Positions 63,591 through 64,000 of a stretch of 64,000 bases of DNA are shown here, piece by piece. Numbering within the stretch: the stretch's first letter is position 1; every line of letters begins with the position of its first letter. This stretch comes from Octopus vulgaris (Eukaryota): NCBI GenBank assembly GCA_951406725.2, contig OX597827.1, forward strand, positions 34,472,001 to 34,536,000. Direction: 5' to 3'. The notes beneath the pieces are model-generated. The model saw nothing but the letters and a program-made list of their open reading frames with translations, had not been told where the DNA came from and ran no database searches. A program made the translations under genes and the position numbers.

Positions 63591-64000
63591 ATATATATTT
63601 GTCATCACTAATATACAATATTATATGTAAATGTCATCAGTTGTATATAATCTAGAGTCACTGCCACCACACATTTTCTCACTGGAATATAATTATGATT
63701 TCATAAGGTAATTCCACTCACCATTTTGTACATATTTAGTGAAATCTGACTCCTTTCTTTAAGAGGACATTTACATGTCTTTCAGCTATCACCGGTGATA
63801 TCTCTCTCTCCTCTCTCTCTCTTCTTCCTCTCTCTTTCCCTCTTTGTCCCTCTCTCTATTTTTCTATCTATTTTTCCTTAGTCAATGTTCTCCATGCACA
63901 AGATAAAGTTTTCCATCATGTGTATCCTCACCCATATATGTCTATACATCACACACACACATTTTGTAGTACTGCAAAAGTGCTCAATATACATACATAT

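Overview
Eukaryotic, AT-rich, repeat-dense DNA. The SINE families, RTE/Penelope/mariner content, microsatellites and single-coding-exon C2H2 genes suggest an octopus/cephalopod genome (inference). Three host coding regions: a minus-strand exon encoding a CARD/death-fold-like protein with an internal 27/28-aa duplication (780-1346), a 7-finger C2H2 gene (26892-28040) and an 11+1-finger C2H2 gene with a poly-Gly N-terminus (54957-57389). Most of the rest is mobile DNA: RTE LINEs carrying a PHD finger, CRE and R4/Dong fragments, two Penelope-like elements, mariner, maT, Tigger, hAT/Buster, Helitrons, Merlin/MULE-like MITEs with intact TSDs, two long foldbacks and many SINEs. The most notable hand-found signal is a set of hammerhead ribozymes in short non-coding inserts in or next to (TA)n microsatellites: one canonical, one with a G3:C8-covaried minimal core, and one with a single core mutation. 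All calls come from manual reading and family names are unverified by search.
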